Notes under the pieces: model-generated
Told to the model about the DNA's origin: nothing
Seen by the model: only the letters and a program-made list of their open reading frames with translations
Database searches by the model: none
Made by a program: the position numbers and the translations under genes
Part shown: piece after piece, positions 1 to 9,641 of the stretch
Layout: each line of letters begins with the position of its first letter
Position numbering within the stretch: position 1 is the stretch's first letter
Origin: an uncultured Rhodospirillaceae bacterium
Lineage (GTDB): Bacteria; Pseudomonadota; Alphaproteobacteria; UBA9219
Assembly (NCBI GenBank): GCA_964652235.1
Contig: CAZZDK010000010.1
Location: forward strand, 5,083-69,082
Direction of reading: 5' to 3'
Length of the DNA stretch: 64,000 bases

Positions 1-228
1 GAGATAGGCGTTCAGGCCGGGATCGAGCCGAGGCGTCTTAGTCCCCACGTTTTGCGCCACGCCTTCGCCACGCATTTGATCGAACACGGCGCGGACCTTC
101 GCAGCGTCCAGACGATGCTGGGCCACGCGGATATCGCCACGACGCAGATTTACACGCACGTGGCCACGGACCGGCTCGCCAAAACGGTGGCCGAACATCA
201 TCCGTTGGCAGGCAAAAAGAGGAAATAA
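1..228 (+). CDS. Tyrosine site-specific recombinase XerC/XerD, C-terminal fragment (5' end outside window)
   Basis: In-frame translation from nt 1 gives ...[58 protein letters not shown]..., the conserved catalytic C-terminus (RHxFAT...LLGH...TQIY-TH with catalytic Tyr) of Xer-type recombinases. Stop is at 226-228. Confidence 0.8.
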   Translation, partial: EIGVQAGIEPRRLSPHVLRHAFATHLIEHGADLRSVQTMLGHADIATTQIYTHVATDRLAKTVAEHHPLAGKKRK

Positions 229-230
229 TT

Positions 231-740
231 ATGCTGTTCATGCGGCACGGCCAGTCTATGTTCAACGTCGTTTGCGATGCGACGGGGCGCGACCCCAATC
301 TGCCCGATGCGCCTTTGTCTGCGCTTGGCGTGCGGCAGGTCCAAGAGGCCGCCTCGCGCCTGAACCTGACCATCGAAGGGATTGTTTCCAGCCCCTATAC
401 GCGCGCCTTGCAAACGGCCTCGATTGTGGCGGCGGTTCTTAAAGTTCCCGTCCGCGTCGATCCGCTGGCGGGCGAGCGGCGGATTTACAGTTGCGACGTC
501 GGAACGCCTGCCTCGCGCCTCAAGCAAGATTGGCCGAGCCTGGACTTTTCAGGAATGGACGAGGAGTGGTGGCTGCCTTTTCCCGAAAGCCAAAGAGACC
601 TTGAACGCCGGGTCAGGCTCTTCCTCGCAAGATGGGAAGCCGAGCCGCAGGAGAAGAATCTGCTCGTCGTTAGCCATTGGTATTTCATCAACGCCGCCAC
701 GGGCGCGTATCTCGGCAACGCGGAAGTGAGAGAAGGATAG
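231..740 (+). CDS. Histidine phosphatase (phosphoglycerate mutase-like) family protein
   Basis: N-terminal RHGQS catalytic motif (MLFMRHGQSMFN) and 169-aa size fit the histidine phosphatase superfamily. It starts 3 nt after the xer stop. Confidence 0.75.
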   Translation: MLFMRHGQSMFNVVCDATGRDPNLPDAPLSALGVRQVQEAASRLNLTIEGIVSSPYTRALQTASIVAAVLKVPVRVDPLAGERRIYSCDVGTPASRLKQDWPSLDFSGMDEEWWLPFPESQRDLERRVRLFLARWEAEPQEKNLLVVSHWYFINAATGAYLGNAEVREG

Positions 741-789
741 GGACGGGTCGCGATTTCGGGGATTTTCTCCCGGTCGAGTCTTGGTCCGG

Positions 790-1869
790 CTACGTTCGAG
801 AGGGTTGGAGCCGGTTGCTCGGGCGGAGGCGCTCGCGTCTTTCAGGGAAGGTCCTTGGACTCCCGTCCCAAGCCGTATAGGCGGCATACAATTCCTTGTT
901 GAAAAAGACGAGACCGATCTGCCCGTCTTTCTGAACGAAAAAGTCAACATCGGAGGTTCGAGCCGGGGGATTGATAAGAACGTTGTTGGCGTCCTTGGCA
1001 TAGACGCGTCCGTAAAAAACTTCCCGTTCTTTCTCTGAGCCAAAGAAATTGATGTGCAGAGGGCGGAGGCCTTCTTCTTGAAAATAATCGTAGAGAACCT
1101 TGTCGGCGCCCTTTTCCCTGTCCCTTGGGCCCGGCCCGTGAAAGTGGGCTGCGCCGAATATGACCAAACAGGCGCCGGTGGCCTTTTTGATTTTAGAAAG
1201 GATGTTTTTAGCCGAAGCTTTATCGTCGAACGAAAAATTAACGATGTCCGCATTAATCTTAGGATCCTTTGTTGCCTCGGCGATAAGCGGCAGAATTTCT
1301 TCCATGGGGCTTCTATCCATGGGGCGGGAACGCTTAAGCCTCGCGACAAGGTCGGCCATTCGGTTTCTGTCTTGTTTCGAAAGAGGAAGATCCTCAAAGC
1401 CTTTTCCGCGCGTAGAAGCGTGGAACAAAGGGGCCTTGAGGCCATAAAGCGCTTTTTTGACCCGGTCGTTCAGATCTTGGGCTTGTCGTCCCGTTTGCCA
1501 GAATGTTTCGAAGAAAGGAGTTTCAGTCGAAGTACCTTGTTGTAAGGCGGAGAATTTTTCCTGATTTGCCGCTTCGTCCCTTTCAAGAATAATGTCGCTT
1601 ATGCCGTTCTGCGCGATTTTTTGCAGAAAAGGACGATTATAAAGGGTTTCCAGCAAAGAAGTGCTTTGATGTCCCGTGTCGCCGAGACAAATAACGTTCG
1701 TTTTAGTTGAAAGGAAGGAAAGAACCTGAGCAAGCGCCTTTTCAGATGGCGGAAGCGCTGGGTCGGGTTCGCGCGCAAGAGCTTTTTGGGAGAGAACGGG
1801 CGCAGCCGTCACCGCAGCGGCGGCGGCGAGCCATTTAAGAAAAGTCCGTCTGGTCAATACATCGCGCAT
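790..1869 (-). CDS. Hypothetical exported protein with twin-arginine (Tat) signal
   Basis: N-terminus MRDVLTRRTFLKWLAAAAAVTAAPVLSQKALA has an RR-x-FLK Tat motif plus a hydrophobic h-region and AxA cleavage site. There is no recognisable catalytic motif. Confidence 0.45.
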   Translation of the reverse strand: MRDVLTRRTFLKWLAAAAAVTAAPVLSQKALAREPDPALPPSEKALAQVLSFLSTKTNVICLGDTGHQSTSLLETLYNRPFLQKIAQNGISDIILERDEAANQEKFSALQQGTSTETPFFETFWQTGRQAQDLNDRVKKALYGLKAPLFHASTRGKGFEDLPLSKQDRNRMADLVARLKRSRPMDRSPMEEILPLIAEATKDPKINADIVNFSFDDKASAKNILSKIKKATGACLVIFGAAHFHGPGPRDREKGADKVLYDYFQEEGLRPLHINFFGSEKEREVFYGRVYAKDANNVLINPPARTSDVDFFVQKDGQIGLVFFNKELYAAYTAWDGSPRTFPERRERLRPSNRLQPSRT

Positions 1870-1978
1870 TTTGAAATGGCTTTCTCTTATGATCTCGTGC
1901 GCATTTTAACAGAAAAAGAGAGAGGAAAATATTAACAGCCGAACCGAAGAAGAAAGAATGGTTTATTTTTTCTTAAAA

Positions 1979-4693
1979 TCACGCGGCCGATCCATGACAA
2001 TGCTTGTATTTTTTGCCGCTGCCGCAGGGGCAGGGGGCGTTGCGCGGCGTATGGACCCACGTGCTCGGATCGTTCGGGTTGAACGTGTTGCGTTCCGGCC
2101 GGTGCAACGCCGGGCCGCTCCGGACTTCATCCGGCGAAAGCTCGTCGGGGCTTTGACCGTGAAGTTCGTGCATTTCCTGTCTGCGCCGCGCGGCGACGTA
2201 TTCCTCGAGCGTCGGCATCCGCACTTCGGCATGGAGAAGGATTTTCGTCACGTCTTCGCGCACGCGCTCCAGCATCAGATGGAAAAGACCGAAAGCCTCT
2301 CGGCTATACTCGCTAAGCGGGTCGCGCTGTCCGTAGCCTCGCAGGTGGATTCCCTGGCGCAGTTGGTCGAGCGCGAGGAGGTGGTCCTTCCACGATTGGT
2401 CGAGAATTCCCAAAAGAGCCGCTCTTTCGGCCTGGGCCATCCGTTCGGCGCCGACGACGGCCACTTTAGCGGCCATTTTTTCGTCGGCGGCCCTGATGAG
2501 GCGGTCCTCGATCTCCGCTTCGGCGATTCCTTCCTCCTTGCCCCATTCGAGGATCGGAAGATCAAGCGCAAGAAGCTCCTTTGCCCGTTCGGCCAGGCCT
2601 TTCAGATCCCATTGTTCCGCATAGGAATGGGGCGGAACGGCCTGCGAGACGAGACCGCGGATGACTTCGTGCCGCAAGTCTCTGATGATTTCGCTGACGG
2701 AGGGCGCGGTCATGATTTCGCGGCGCTGCTCGTAGATGACCTTGCGCTGGTCGTTCATGACGTTGTCGAACTTGAGCAGGTTCTTGCGAATATCGAAATG
2801 GCGAGCTTCGACTTTCTGCTGCGCCTTGGCCAGCGCCGTGCTGATCCAGGGGTGGGCGATCTTCTCGCCGTTGCGCAGGCCGAGTTTGGACAGGACGTTT
2901 TCCATGCGCTCGGAACCGAAAATGCGCATGAGATCGTCTTCAAGCGAGAGATAAAACTTCGAGCAGCCCGGATCGCCCTGACGGCCCGAACGGCCCCGCA
3001 GCTGGTTGTCAATGCGGCGGGATTCGTGCCGCTCGGTGCCGACGACGAAAAGACCGCCCGCGCCCCTGGCCTTAAGCGCGCCCTCCTGCACTTCGGCTCG
3101 GATGGCTTCGATGCGGCGCGCGCGCTCGGCCTCGTCCGTCACGTCTTTCAGTTCCTGCGCGATCCGCATATTCAGATTGCCGCCGAGTTGGATGTCGGTG
3201 CCGCGTCCGGCCATGTTCGTGGCGATGGTCACCGCGCCGGGGCGTCCGGCCTGGGCGATGATGGCGGCCTCCTGTTCGTGATAGCGGGCGTTGAGGACGT
3301 TGTGCGGTATCTTGCGCTTCTTCAGAAGTTCGGACAGGGCTTCGGATTTTTCGATGGAGACCGTGCCGACGAGAACGGGCTGGCCGCGCGCCACACAATC
3401 CTCGATCGTTCGGATGAGAGCTTCGTATTTTTCGGCCATCGTGCCGTAGATTTCGTCTTCCATGTCCTTTCGGTTGGCCGGGACGTTGGTCGGGATCTCC
3501 ACGACTTCGAGGCCGTAGATTTCCGCGAACTCCGCCGCTTCCGTCGCGGCGGTGCCCGTCATGCCCGCCAGTTTGGGATACAGGCGGAAGTAATTCTGGA
3601 AAGTGATCGAAGCCAGCGTTTGGTTTTCGCGCTGGATGGGCACGCGCTCTTTGGCTTCAAGCGCCTGATGCAACCCGTCGGAATAGCGGCGGCCCTCCAT
3701 CATGCGGCCCGTGAACTCGTCAATGATGATAACCTTGCCGCCCTTGACGATATAATCCACGTCGCGGGCGAACATTTTGTGGGCGCGCAGCGCCTGATTG
3801 ACGTGATGCACGGCCGTGCTGTTTTGCGCGTCGTAAAGGCCGCCGCCGGGCGTCAGAAGGCCCGCCTCGCCCAAAAGGCGCTCGATGGTCTCATTGCCCT
3901 GCTCGGTGAGGACGACGGTTTTCGCCTTTTCGTCCTTTTCGTAATCCGCCTCTTCCAAAGAGGGGATCAGCGCGTCGATCTTCTGATAAAGTTCGGAAGA
4001 ATCTTCCGCCGGACCCGAGATGATAAGCGGCGTGCGCGCCTCGTCGATGAGAATGCTGTCCACCTCGTCCACGATGGCGTAGTTGAAGGGACGCTGGACG
4101 AGCTCCTTGGCTTCGAACTTCATGTTGTCGCGCAGATAGTCGAAGCCGAACTCGTTGTTCGTGCCGTAGGTGACATCGGCGCCATAGGCCGCTTGCCGTT
4201 CTTCGTCCGTCAGGCCGTGCACGATGCAGCCGACCGAAAGGCCCAGAAAGCGGTAAATCTGTCCCATCCATTCGCTGTCGCGCTTGGCCAGATAATCGTT
4301 GACGGTGACGACGTGGGCGCCCTTGCCGGACAGCGCGTTCAGATAGACGGGCAAAGTGGCCACGAGCGTCTTGCCTTCGCCCGTTTTCATCTCGGCGATC
4401 TTGCCGTCGTGCAAAACCCTGCCGCCGCGCAATCCGACGTCGAAGGGGCGCTGGCCGAGCGTGCGCTTGGCGGCCTCCCTCACGACCGCGAAGGCCTCCG
4501 GCAAAAGGGAATCGAGCGTGTCGCCTCGGCTCAGACGATCCCTGAACTGAACCGTTTTGGCGGCGAGCTCGGCGTCCGAGAGTTTTTCCATTTCCGGCTC
4601 GAAGGAGTTAATGAGCTCGATGGTGCGATCCTGGGCACGAAGGACGCGGTCGTTATGGGAACCGAAAAACTTACGGGCGAGGGAGGAGAGCAT
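1979..4693 (-). CDS. secA: Protein translocase ATPase SecA
   Basis: 904 aa. N-terminus [19 protein letters not shown]...MEKLSDAEL closely matches SecA. DEAD-like motor motifs are present, and the C-terminal [14 protein letters not shown] zinc-binding tail is typical. Confidence 0.97.
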   Translation of the reverse strand: MLSSLARKFFGSHNDRVLRAQDRTIELINSFEPEMEKLSDAELAAKTVQFRDRLSRGDTLDSLLPEAFAVVREAAKRTLGQRPFDVGLRGGRVLHDGKIAEMKTGEGKTLVATLPVYLNALSGKGAHVVTVNDYLAKRDSEWMGQIYRFLGLSVGCIVHGLTDEERQAAYGADVTYGTNNEFGFDYLRDNMKFEAKELVQRPFNYAIVDEVDSILIDEARTPLIISGPAEDSSELYQKIDALIPSLEEADYEKDEKAKTVVLTEQGNETIERLLGEAGLLTPGGGLYDAQNSTAVHHVNQALRAHKMFARDVDYIVKGGKVIIIDEFTGRMMEGRRYSDGLHQALEAKERVPIQRENQTLASITFQNYFRLYPKLAGMTGTAATEAAEFAEIYGLEVVEIPTNVPANRKDMEDEIYGTMAEKYEALIRTIEDCVARGQPVLVGTVSIEKSEALSELLKKRKIPHNVLNARYHEQEAAIIAQAGRPGAVTIATNMAGRGTDIQLGGNLNMRIAQELKDVTDEAERARRIEAIRAEVQEGALKARGAGGLFVVGTERHESRRIDNQLRGRSGRQGDPGCSKFYLSLEDDLMRIFGSERMENVLSKLGLRNGEKIAHPWISTALAKAQQKVEARHFDIRKNLLKFDNVMNDQRKVIYEQRREIMTAPSVSEIIRDLRHEVIRGLVSQAVPPHSYAEQWDLKGLAERAKELLALDLPILEWGKEEGIAEAEIEDRLIRAADEKMAAKVAVVGAERMAQAERAALLGILDQSWKDHLLALDQLRQGIHLRGYGQRDPLSEYSREAFGLFHLMLERVREDVTKILLHAEVRMPTLEEYVAARRRQEMHELHGQSPDELSPDEVRSGPALHRPERNTFNPNDPSTWVHTPRNAPCPCGSGKKYKHCHGSAA

Positions 4694-4817
4694 AAAACGG
4701 CCTCAGTAGAGTGTGGGCTTTCGTCGCCCGCTAAAAAACAAGCGCCGATCGGGCGCCAACGCCCTTTCTACATGGCCCCGATGGAGCCGAAAAGCAAGGG
4801 GGGATGGGGATTCTTTG

Positions 4818-5870
4818 TTAACCTAGCCGACAGGCGGGAAGGTCGTACATTTCCTTTAAGGCAGCCACATGGACGTGGGGGAAAACGACCTGGGCGGCCA
4901 GGGTCCCCGGGCAGTTCTCGCGGACGCTTGCGATATGATTTTCATTGTCGTCGAGAAAAAGAATCGCATCGGTTTCGGCGACGACGGGACCCTTGGGGGT
5001 ATCGCCGGTCGAGAAGAATCGGCTTATGCCCAGGCCCCACTCCACCGCCGTTTTTTTCACGCGGTCGAAAGAGGCTCGATGGCGGGCGGTCACCCCAACT
5101 ATATCGAGAGAAGGTCTTTCCGGGTCCTTTTGGATTTTCTGTCGGACAAGGCTGATTTTTGCGAAAAAGGGATAGAGAGGTCCGGGGTCGGCGGGGATGT
5201 TCCGGCAAAACCCTTCCCTTTTTTGGGCCTCCCTTAGAGACGTGTTTCTTACGTAGGTGTCGGTGTCGAAAGGAAAGTCCTTTGAACCGGGCCGTCCCAG
5301 GCAAATGGCGATGACGCCGTCGAAATCCGTGGCGAGGCAAAGGGAGCGCCGTTCCTTTTCCAGCGGAATGTGTCCCGGATCCAAAAGGGCAAGAGGAATC
5401 GGCAGGGTCAAATCCTCCGTGGCCAGGCCGGGTTCGTCGGTCGTTGAGAAGAAAAGATCGATGTGGGGGGCCTCGGCTCTCAGAAAAGAATGGATGGCGT
5501 CGTCGCCGTAAATTTGCTCGATTTTCGGTCCGTTCCGTTCGACAAAGCCGTGAGAGGCCAAAGAAGCGTGGGCGTAGCGATTCAAGAAGGGGTCGTTCGG
5601 TATAAGAACGAATTGCCGAACGAACGGAGATTCCCCCGGCCTGTTCAGCCTAGCCATATTGGCGGCGAAAGAAGAGGCCGGTCCCTTTTTAAGAAAGACG
5701 TCTCTGCCTTTTTTTTCGGGAGCCTGACGGAGGTTGAGAAGAGCGCCGGGGGAATAGATGATATTGACCTGGACGGCGGGTCTTGGGAACGGAGATTTGG
5801 GAATGGATGTCGTAGCGGACAAGGGGAAAGATGGCGATGGACGAGGGGCAAGCGGCGTCGTATGTGCCAC
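4818..5870 (-). CDS. HAD-superfamily 5'-nucleotidase-like protein (cN-IA / PF06189-like) with P/S-rich N-terminal extension
   Basis: HAD motif I LCLATDFDGVIA, motif II VGVTARH, motif IV ILFLDDNENH, and an N-terminal IIYSPGALLNL segment resemble the bacterial 5'-nucleotidase family. The first roughly 35 aa are Pro/Ser-rich, so the true start is uncertain. Confidence 0.45.
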   Translation of the reverse strand: MAHTTPLAPRPSPSFPLSATTSIPKSPFPRPAVQVNIIYSPGALLNLRQAPEKKGRDVFLKKGPASSFAANMARLNRPGESPFVRQFVLIPNDPFLNRYAHASLASHGFVERNGPKIEQIYGDDAIHSFLRAEAPHIDLFFSTTDEPGLATEDLTLPIPLALLDPGHIPLEKERRSLCLATDFDGVIAICLGRPGSKDFPFDTDTYVRNTSLREAQKREGFCRNIPADPGPLYPFFAKISLVRQKIQKDPERPSLDIVGVTARHRASFDRVKKTAVEWGLGISRFFSTGDTPKGPVVAETDAILFLDDNENHIASVRENCPGTLAAQVVFPHVHVAALKEMYDLPACRLG

Positions 5871-6119
5871 AGCGGAACAGCCCTTTCTTAGAACAAATCC
5901 GATTTAAGTCTGCCATATAGCCGAAAAATCCGGCAAAAAAAAAGATGAAAGCAAAAAAACCGGCAGTTTCTATGGCGATTGTGGTTAATGAGGAAAGTTG
6001 CGCTCAGGCCGTGGTAGCAACCCTAAGTCGCATGGATGCGTGAGATATTAGGACTCGCCCCTAAAAAACAAGTCCTTATAATGACCGTGGCGTATTTCTT
6101 CCAAGAGGGCTTAAACGCT

Positions 6120-7112
6120 ATGAAAATCCTCGTCACCGGCGGGGCCGGGTATATCGGCAGCCATACAGCCTTCGCGCTGGCGCGGAGGGGCCATACGCCC
6201 GTCGTTCTGGATTCTTTGGTCCACGGCCATAGGTGGGCCGCGAAATACGGGCCGCTTGTCGTTGGCGATATTGGCGACGCCGATATTGTGCGGCGCGTGT
6301 GCGAAGAACATCGGCCCGAGGCGATGGTTCATTTTGCGGCCTTTATCGAAGTCGGCGAATCCGTCGCCGATCCCGATAAATATATGAATAACAATTATCA
6401 AAAGGCGCGGCGGCTTTTCGATACGGCGCTGGCGTGCGGCGTGAATCGCGTCGTGTTTTCGAGCACTGCCGCCGTTTATGGTTCTCCCATCGGCGATGCG
6501 CCGATCAAAGAGGATCATCCGCAAAAACCGATCAATCCTTATGGCGAAAGCAAGCGGCTTGCCGAAACGTACCTGCGCGGCTTAGAGGGGCAGGGGATGC
6601 GTTCGGTCGCCTTGCGCTATTTTAACGCGGCTGGCGCCGCGCCAGAGGCCGAGGAAATCGGCGAGGCGCACGATCCCGAAACGCATTTGATTCCGAATGT
6701 CCTTCTGGCCGGGCTTGGCTTGAAGGACGAGGTGAAGCTGTTCGGCGACGATTATCCCACGCGCGACGGCACCGCTGTGCGCGATTATGTCCATGTTCTC
6801 GACCTCGCAGAGGCGCACATCGCGGCGCTCGATCACCTTATGGCGGGGGGCGCGACGGACGTTTGCAATCTCGGCACGGGAATGGGATCGACGGTCCTCG
6901 AAGTGGTCCGGGCGGCGGAAAAGGCCCTGGGCAAGCCCGTGCCGCAAGGCCGCCATTCGCGCCGCGCGGGCGATCCGCCCGTTCTCGTCGCCGACGCGAG
7001 CCGCGCGAAAGAAAAACTGGGATGGAGACCGCAACGCGATCTGGACGAAATCGTGCGCTCGGCGCTCGAATGGCACCGCTGCGCGCGTTATAAAAACAGG
7101 AACGATACATGA
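6120..7112 (+). CDS. galE: UDP-glucose 4-epimerase
   Basis: MKILVTGGAGYIGSH Rossmann NAD motif, YGESK catalytic YxxxK, and SDR-extended length. The ORF-track start at 6036 precedes the canonical MKILVTGG start at about 6120. Confidence 0.9.
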   Translation: MKILVTGGAGYIGSHTAFALARRGHTPVVLDSLVHGHRWAAKYGPLVVGDIGDADIVRRVCEEHRPEAMVHFAAFIEVGESVADPDKYMNNNYQKARRLFDTALACGVNRVVFSSTAAVYGSPIGDAPIKEDHPQKPINPYGESKRLAETYLRGLEGQGMRSVALRYFNAAGAAPEAEEIGEAHDPETHLIPNVLLAGLGLKDEVKLFGDDYPTRDGTAVRDYVHVLDLAEAHIAALDHLMAGGATDVCNLGTGMGSTVLEVVRAAEKALGKPVPQGRHSRRAGDPPVLVADASRAKEKLGWRPQRDLDEIVRSALEWHRCARYKNRNDT

Positions 7113-7138
7113 CGGGGCTTGTAAAGGGAGGGATCATC

Positions 7139-7609
7139 ATGGCCATGCTTCTTCAGTCGCCCGCTTTTTCCCATCAGGGAGAGATGCCTTCGCGTTATAC
7201 CTGCGAAGGCAATGACGTTTCTCCGCCGCTTATTTGGAAGAACGTTCCGGCGGGGACGAAAAGCCTCGCGCTGATCGTGGACGATCCAGACGCTCCCGAT
7301 CCTGCGGCGCCGAAGATGACATGGGTCCACTGGGTTCTGTTCAATCTGCCGCCGGACGCGGACTCGCTGGCCGAAAATGTCCAAGTCCTCCCGCCCTCGG
7401 CGCGCGAAGGCATGACGGATTTTGGAAAAACCGGCTATGGCGGTCCGTGCCCGCCGATCGGGGTTCATCGTTATTTCTTCAAGCTTTATGCGCTCGATGC
7501 GGTCCTGAATCTTCCTGGCCGCCCTTCGAAGAAGGAGGTCCTTAAAGCCATGCAGGGCCACATTCTCGAAGAGGCCGTTTTGATCGGAACATATAAGAAA
7601 AAGAAATAA
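7139..7609 (+). CDS. YbhB/YbcL family Raf-kinase-inhibitor-like (PEBP) protein
   Basis: Conserved PEBP motifs: SPPLIWKNVP, DPDAP, GYGGPCPP-G-HRY-F-LYALD. Start likely at the internal MAMLLQS; the ORF track starts at 7109. Confidence 0.8.
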   Translation: MAMLLQSPAFSHQGEMPSRYTCEGNDVSPPLIWKNVPAGTKSLALIVDDPDAPDPAAPKMTWVHWVLFNLPPDADSLAENVQVLPPSAREGMTDFGKTGYGGPCPPIGVHRYFFKLYALDAVLNLPGRPSKKEVLKAMQGHILEEAVLIGTYKKKK

Positions 7610-7610
7610 A

Positions 7611-7650
7611 AACGGCGGCCCTTGGAGGCCGCCGCTTTCACGAAAACAAG
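7611..7650. terminator. Putative bidirectional rho-independent terminator between convergent ybhB-like and bactofilin genes
   Basis: GGCGGCC-cttggag-GCCGCC stem-loop flanked by an A-run upstream and T-rich sequence downstream (aaataaaaacGGCGGCCcttggagGCCGCCgcttt). It could act on either strand. Confidence 0.4.
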
Positions 7651-7666
7651 CCAATCCTTCCTTCCG

Positions 7667-8314
7667 CTATCCGCCAGCCGCCGTCTTGCGCGAGAAGAGG
7701 GCGCCGTCGCCTTCCTCCTCGTCGTCCTGCGCGGCGGTGAACTTGGCGGCGCTCTTAAAGCTCGGCCCGTTGCCGCTGGCCGAGGCGCCCGCGCCGACGA
7801 CCTGCATTTCGCCGATGATCTGGCCGCCCGCGTTCACCTCAAGCTCGCCGTATTTGATCATGCCGCTCACGCGACCCGTGCCCCGGATGGTCAGACGGCC
7901 ATGAACCGTCAGATCGCCGTCGTAACGACCTGCTATGTCGGCGTTTTCGATCTCGACGCTGCCGCGGAACTGGCCCGTCTCGGTGATCTCAAGAAGTTTG
8001 CCGTCGGAAAGTTTCGCTTCGACTTTGCCTTCGACGACAAGAACGTCGCAGGCGGTGATTTCGCCGGAGAGAGACAAACCCTTGCCGACCGTCAGCTTGC
8101 GTTCCTCAATGCCCGGTCCGACCCGTTCCGGCGTACTGCGACGAGAACGCGACATATCGACCTGGCGACGGGAGGCCAAAGGGCTGCTCGCCGGTCCCAT
8201 GGCGCGTGGCGTTTCCGCGATGGACGTGCGCGGCGAAAGGGGCGTCTGGACAACGGCCTCCTGCGTCTGTGTGGTTTCCGGATTCTCTGGTGTGTCGTCT
8301 TTGCGTCCGAACAT
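7667..8314 (-). CDS. Bactofilin (CcmA-like polymer-forming cytoskeletal protein)
   Basis: Repetitive beta-helical DUF583 pattern (GKVEAKL...GSVEIENADIAGRYDGDLTVHGRLTIRGTGRVSGMIKYGELEVNAGGQIIGE). Internal ATG (MFGRKDD...) at about 8314 is preceded by a GAGGAAAA Shine-Dalgarno. The ORF-track start at 8464 is probably too long. Confidence 0.8.
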   Translation of the reverse strand: MFGRKDDTPENPETTQTQEAVVQTPLSPRTSIAETPRAMGPASSPLASRRQVDMSRSRRSTPERVGPGIEERKLTVGKGLSLSGEITACDVLVVEGKVEAKLSDGKLLEITETGQFRGSVEIENADIAGRYDGDLTVHGRLTIRGTGRVSGMIKYGELEVNAGGQIIGEMQVVGAGASASGNGPSFKSAAKFTAAQDDEEEGDGALFSRKTAAGG

Positions 8315-8615
8315 GATGTTGTTTTCCTCTCGAAACGACCGGCCTAAAAGCGTTTGTTTAGGGGCGATTGGGGGGCCGGAGGGGTGCCTTCCGCCTCCCT
8401 TCGGACTTACCATGCGCGGTCCTTTTGAAGCAAGGCTTTTGAGGGCCCGAGGGCGGTGGATCATGGGGATAAAATCGAATACGCCTACCGAATCAACACC
8501 CTAACTTTCGACACTTTTCGGGCGCACTTCGATGCTGGCTGAGAGGAGGTCCGTGCGATACAAAGAATCTCCTTTACGTCCGATTCGTTTTTCCCGTCAG
8601 AAAGAAGGTTCGAAC

Positions 8616-9641
8616 ATGGTCCTTTGCGCCCCATCTTCCCACGACGTCCCGGCCTTGTATGATGTCTGCGCGATCGGGAACGCGATAGTCGATGTGATCG
8701 CCGATTGCGACGATTCCTTTCTGGACCATCACGGGATCACAAAGGGCGCCATGACTCTTATCGAAGAGGACCGCGCCGCATTTTTGTACAAAAACATCGG
8801 CCCCGCCGTCGAGATGTCGGGCGGGTCGGCGGGGAACACGGCGGCGGGGATTGCCGGCCTGGGGGGAAGTCCCGCCTATATAGGCAGGGTGAGGAACGAT
8901 CAGTTCGGCGAGATTTTTCGTCACGACATGAATGCGGCCGGCGTTCATTTCTCGACGCCCTTCGCGTTGTCCGGCCCCGCGACGGGGCGCTCGCTCATTC
9001 TTGTGACGCCCGACAAGCAGCGCAGCATGAGCACGTATCTCGGCGCGGCGGCTGAGCTTTCCGTTGCGGAAGTCGATCCACGCCTGATCGCGAGCGCCCA
9101 AGTGACGTTCTGGGAAGGCTATTTATTCGACAGGCAGAAGGCCAAGGAGGCGCTGTTCGCCACGGCCAAGATTGCGCACGATGCGGGTCGGTCTCTGGCC
9201 TTGACGCTTTCGGATACGTTTTGTGTGGACCGACACCGGGAAGACTTTCTCGCCCTTGTGCGGGATCACGTCGATATTCTACTTGCCAACGAATATGAGC
9301 TGATGGCCCTTTACCGGCTTCCGACGTTCGAGGAAGCCCTGGCGGCGGCGAAAGAGCAATGCGGAATCGTGGCGGGCACGCGCAGCGAAAAAGGGGCGGT
9401 GGTCGCTTCGCAAGGGAAAGAGGTCGTCATTCCGGCTGAAAGAGGCGTTCAGGTCGTGGATTCGACCGGCGCGGGCGATCTGTTCGCGTCCGGGTTTCTC
9501 TTCGGATTGACCCATGGGTACGACCTGACGACGAGCGGGCGGCTTGGCGCCATCGCGGCCGCCGAAGTGATAAGCCATTACGGTCCCCGGCCTCAGCGAG
9601 ACCTTAAAGGGCTTGCGCGAGAGAGGGGGATCGCGATTTGA
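8616..9641 (+). CDS. Adenosine kinase / PfkB-family ribokinase-like sugar kinase
   Basis: PfkB motifs: N-terminal AIGNAIVDV and C-terminal DSTGAGDLFASGFLFGL (GAGD anion-hole signature). ATG at 8616 has the RBS agaagg. The ORF track starts at 8532. Confidence 0.8.
   Translation: MVLCAPSSHDVPALYDVCAIGNAIVDVIADCDDSFLDHHGITKGAMTLIEEDRAAFLYKNIGPAVEMSGGSAGNTAAGIAGLGGSPAYIGRVRNDQFGEIFRHDMNAAGVHFSTPFALSGPATGRSLILVTPDKQRSMSTYLGAAAELSVAEVDPRLIASAQVTFWEGYLFDRQKAKEALFATAKIAHDAGRSLALTLSDTFCVDRHREDFLALVRDHVDILLANEYELMALYRLPTFEEALAAAKEQCGIVAGTRSEKGAVVASQGKEVVIPAERGVQVVDSTGAGDLFASGFLFGLTHGYDLTTSGRLGAIAAAEVISHYGPRPQRDLKGLARERGIAI

Noticed and set aside
1958-5155. A 1065-aa plus-strand ORF covering the secA locus
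   Set aside because: It is antisense to an unmistakable secA. High-GC genomes generate long stop-free antisense frames. The translation is Arg/Gly/Ala-rich junk with no motif.
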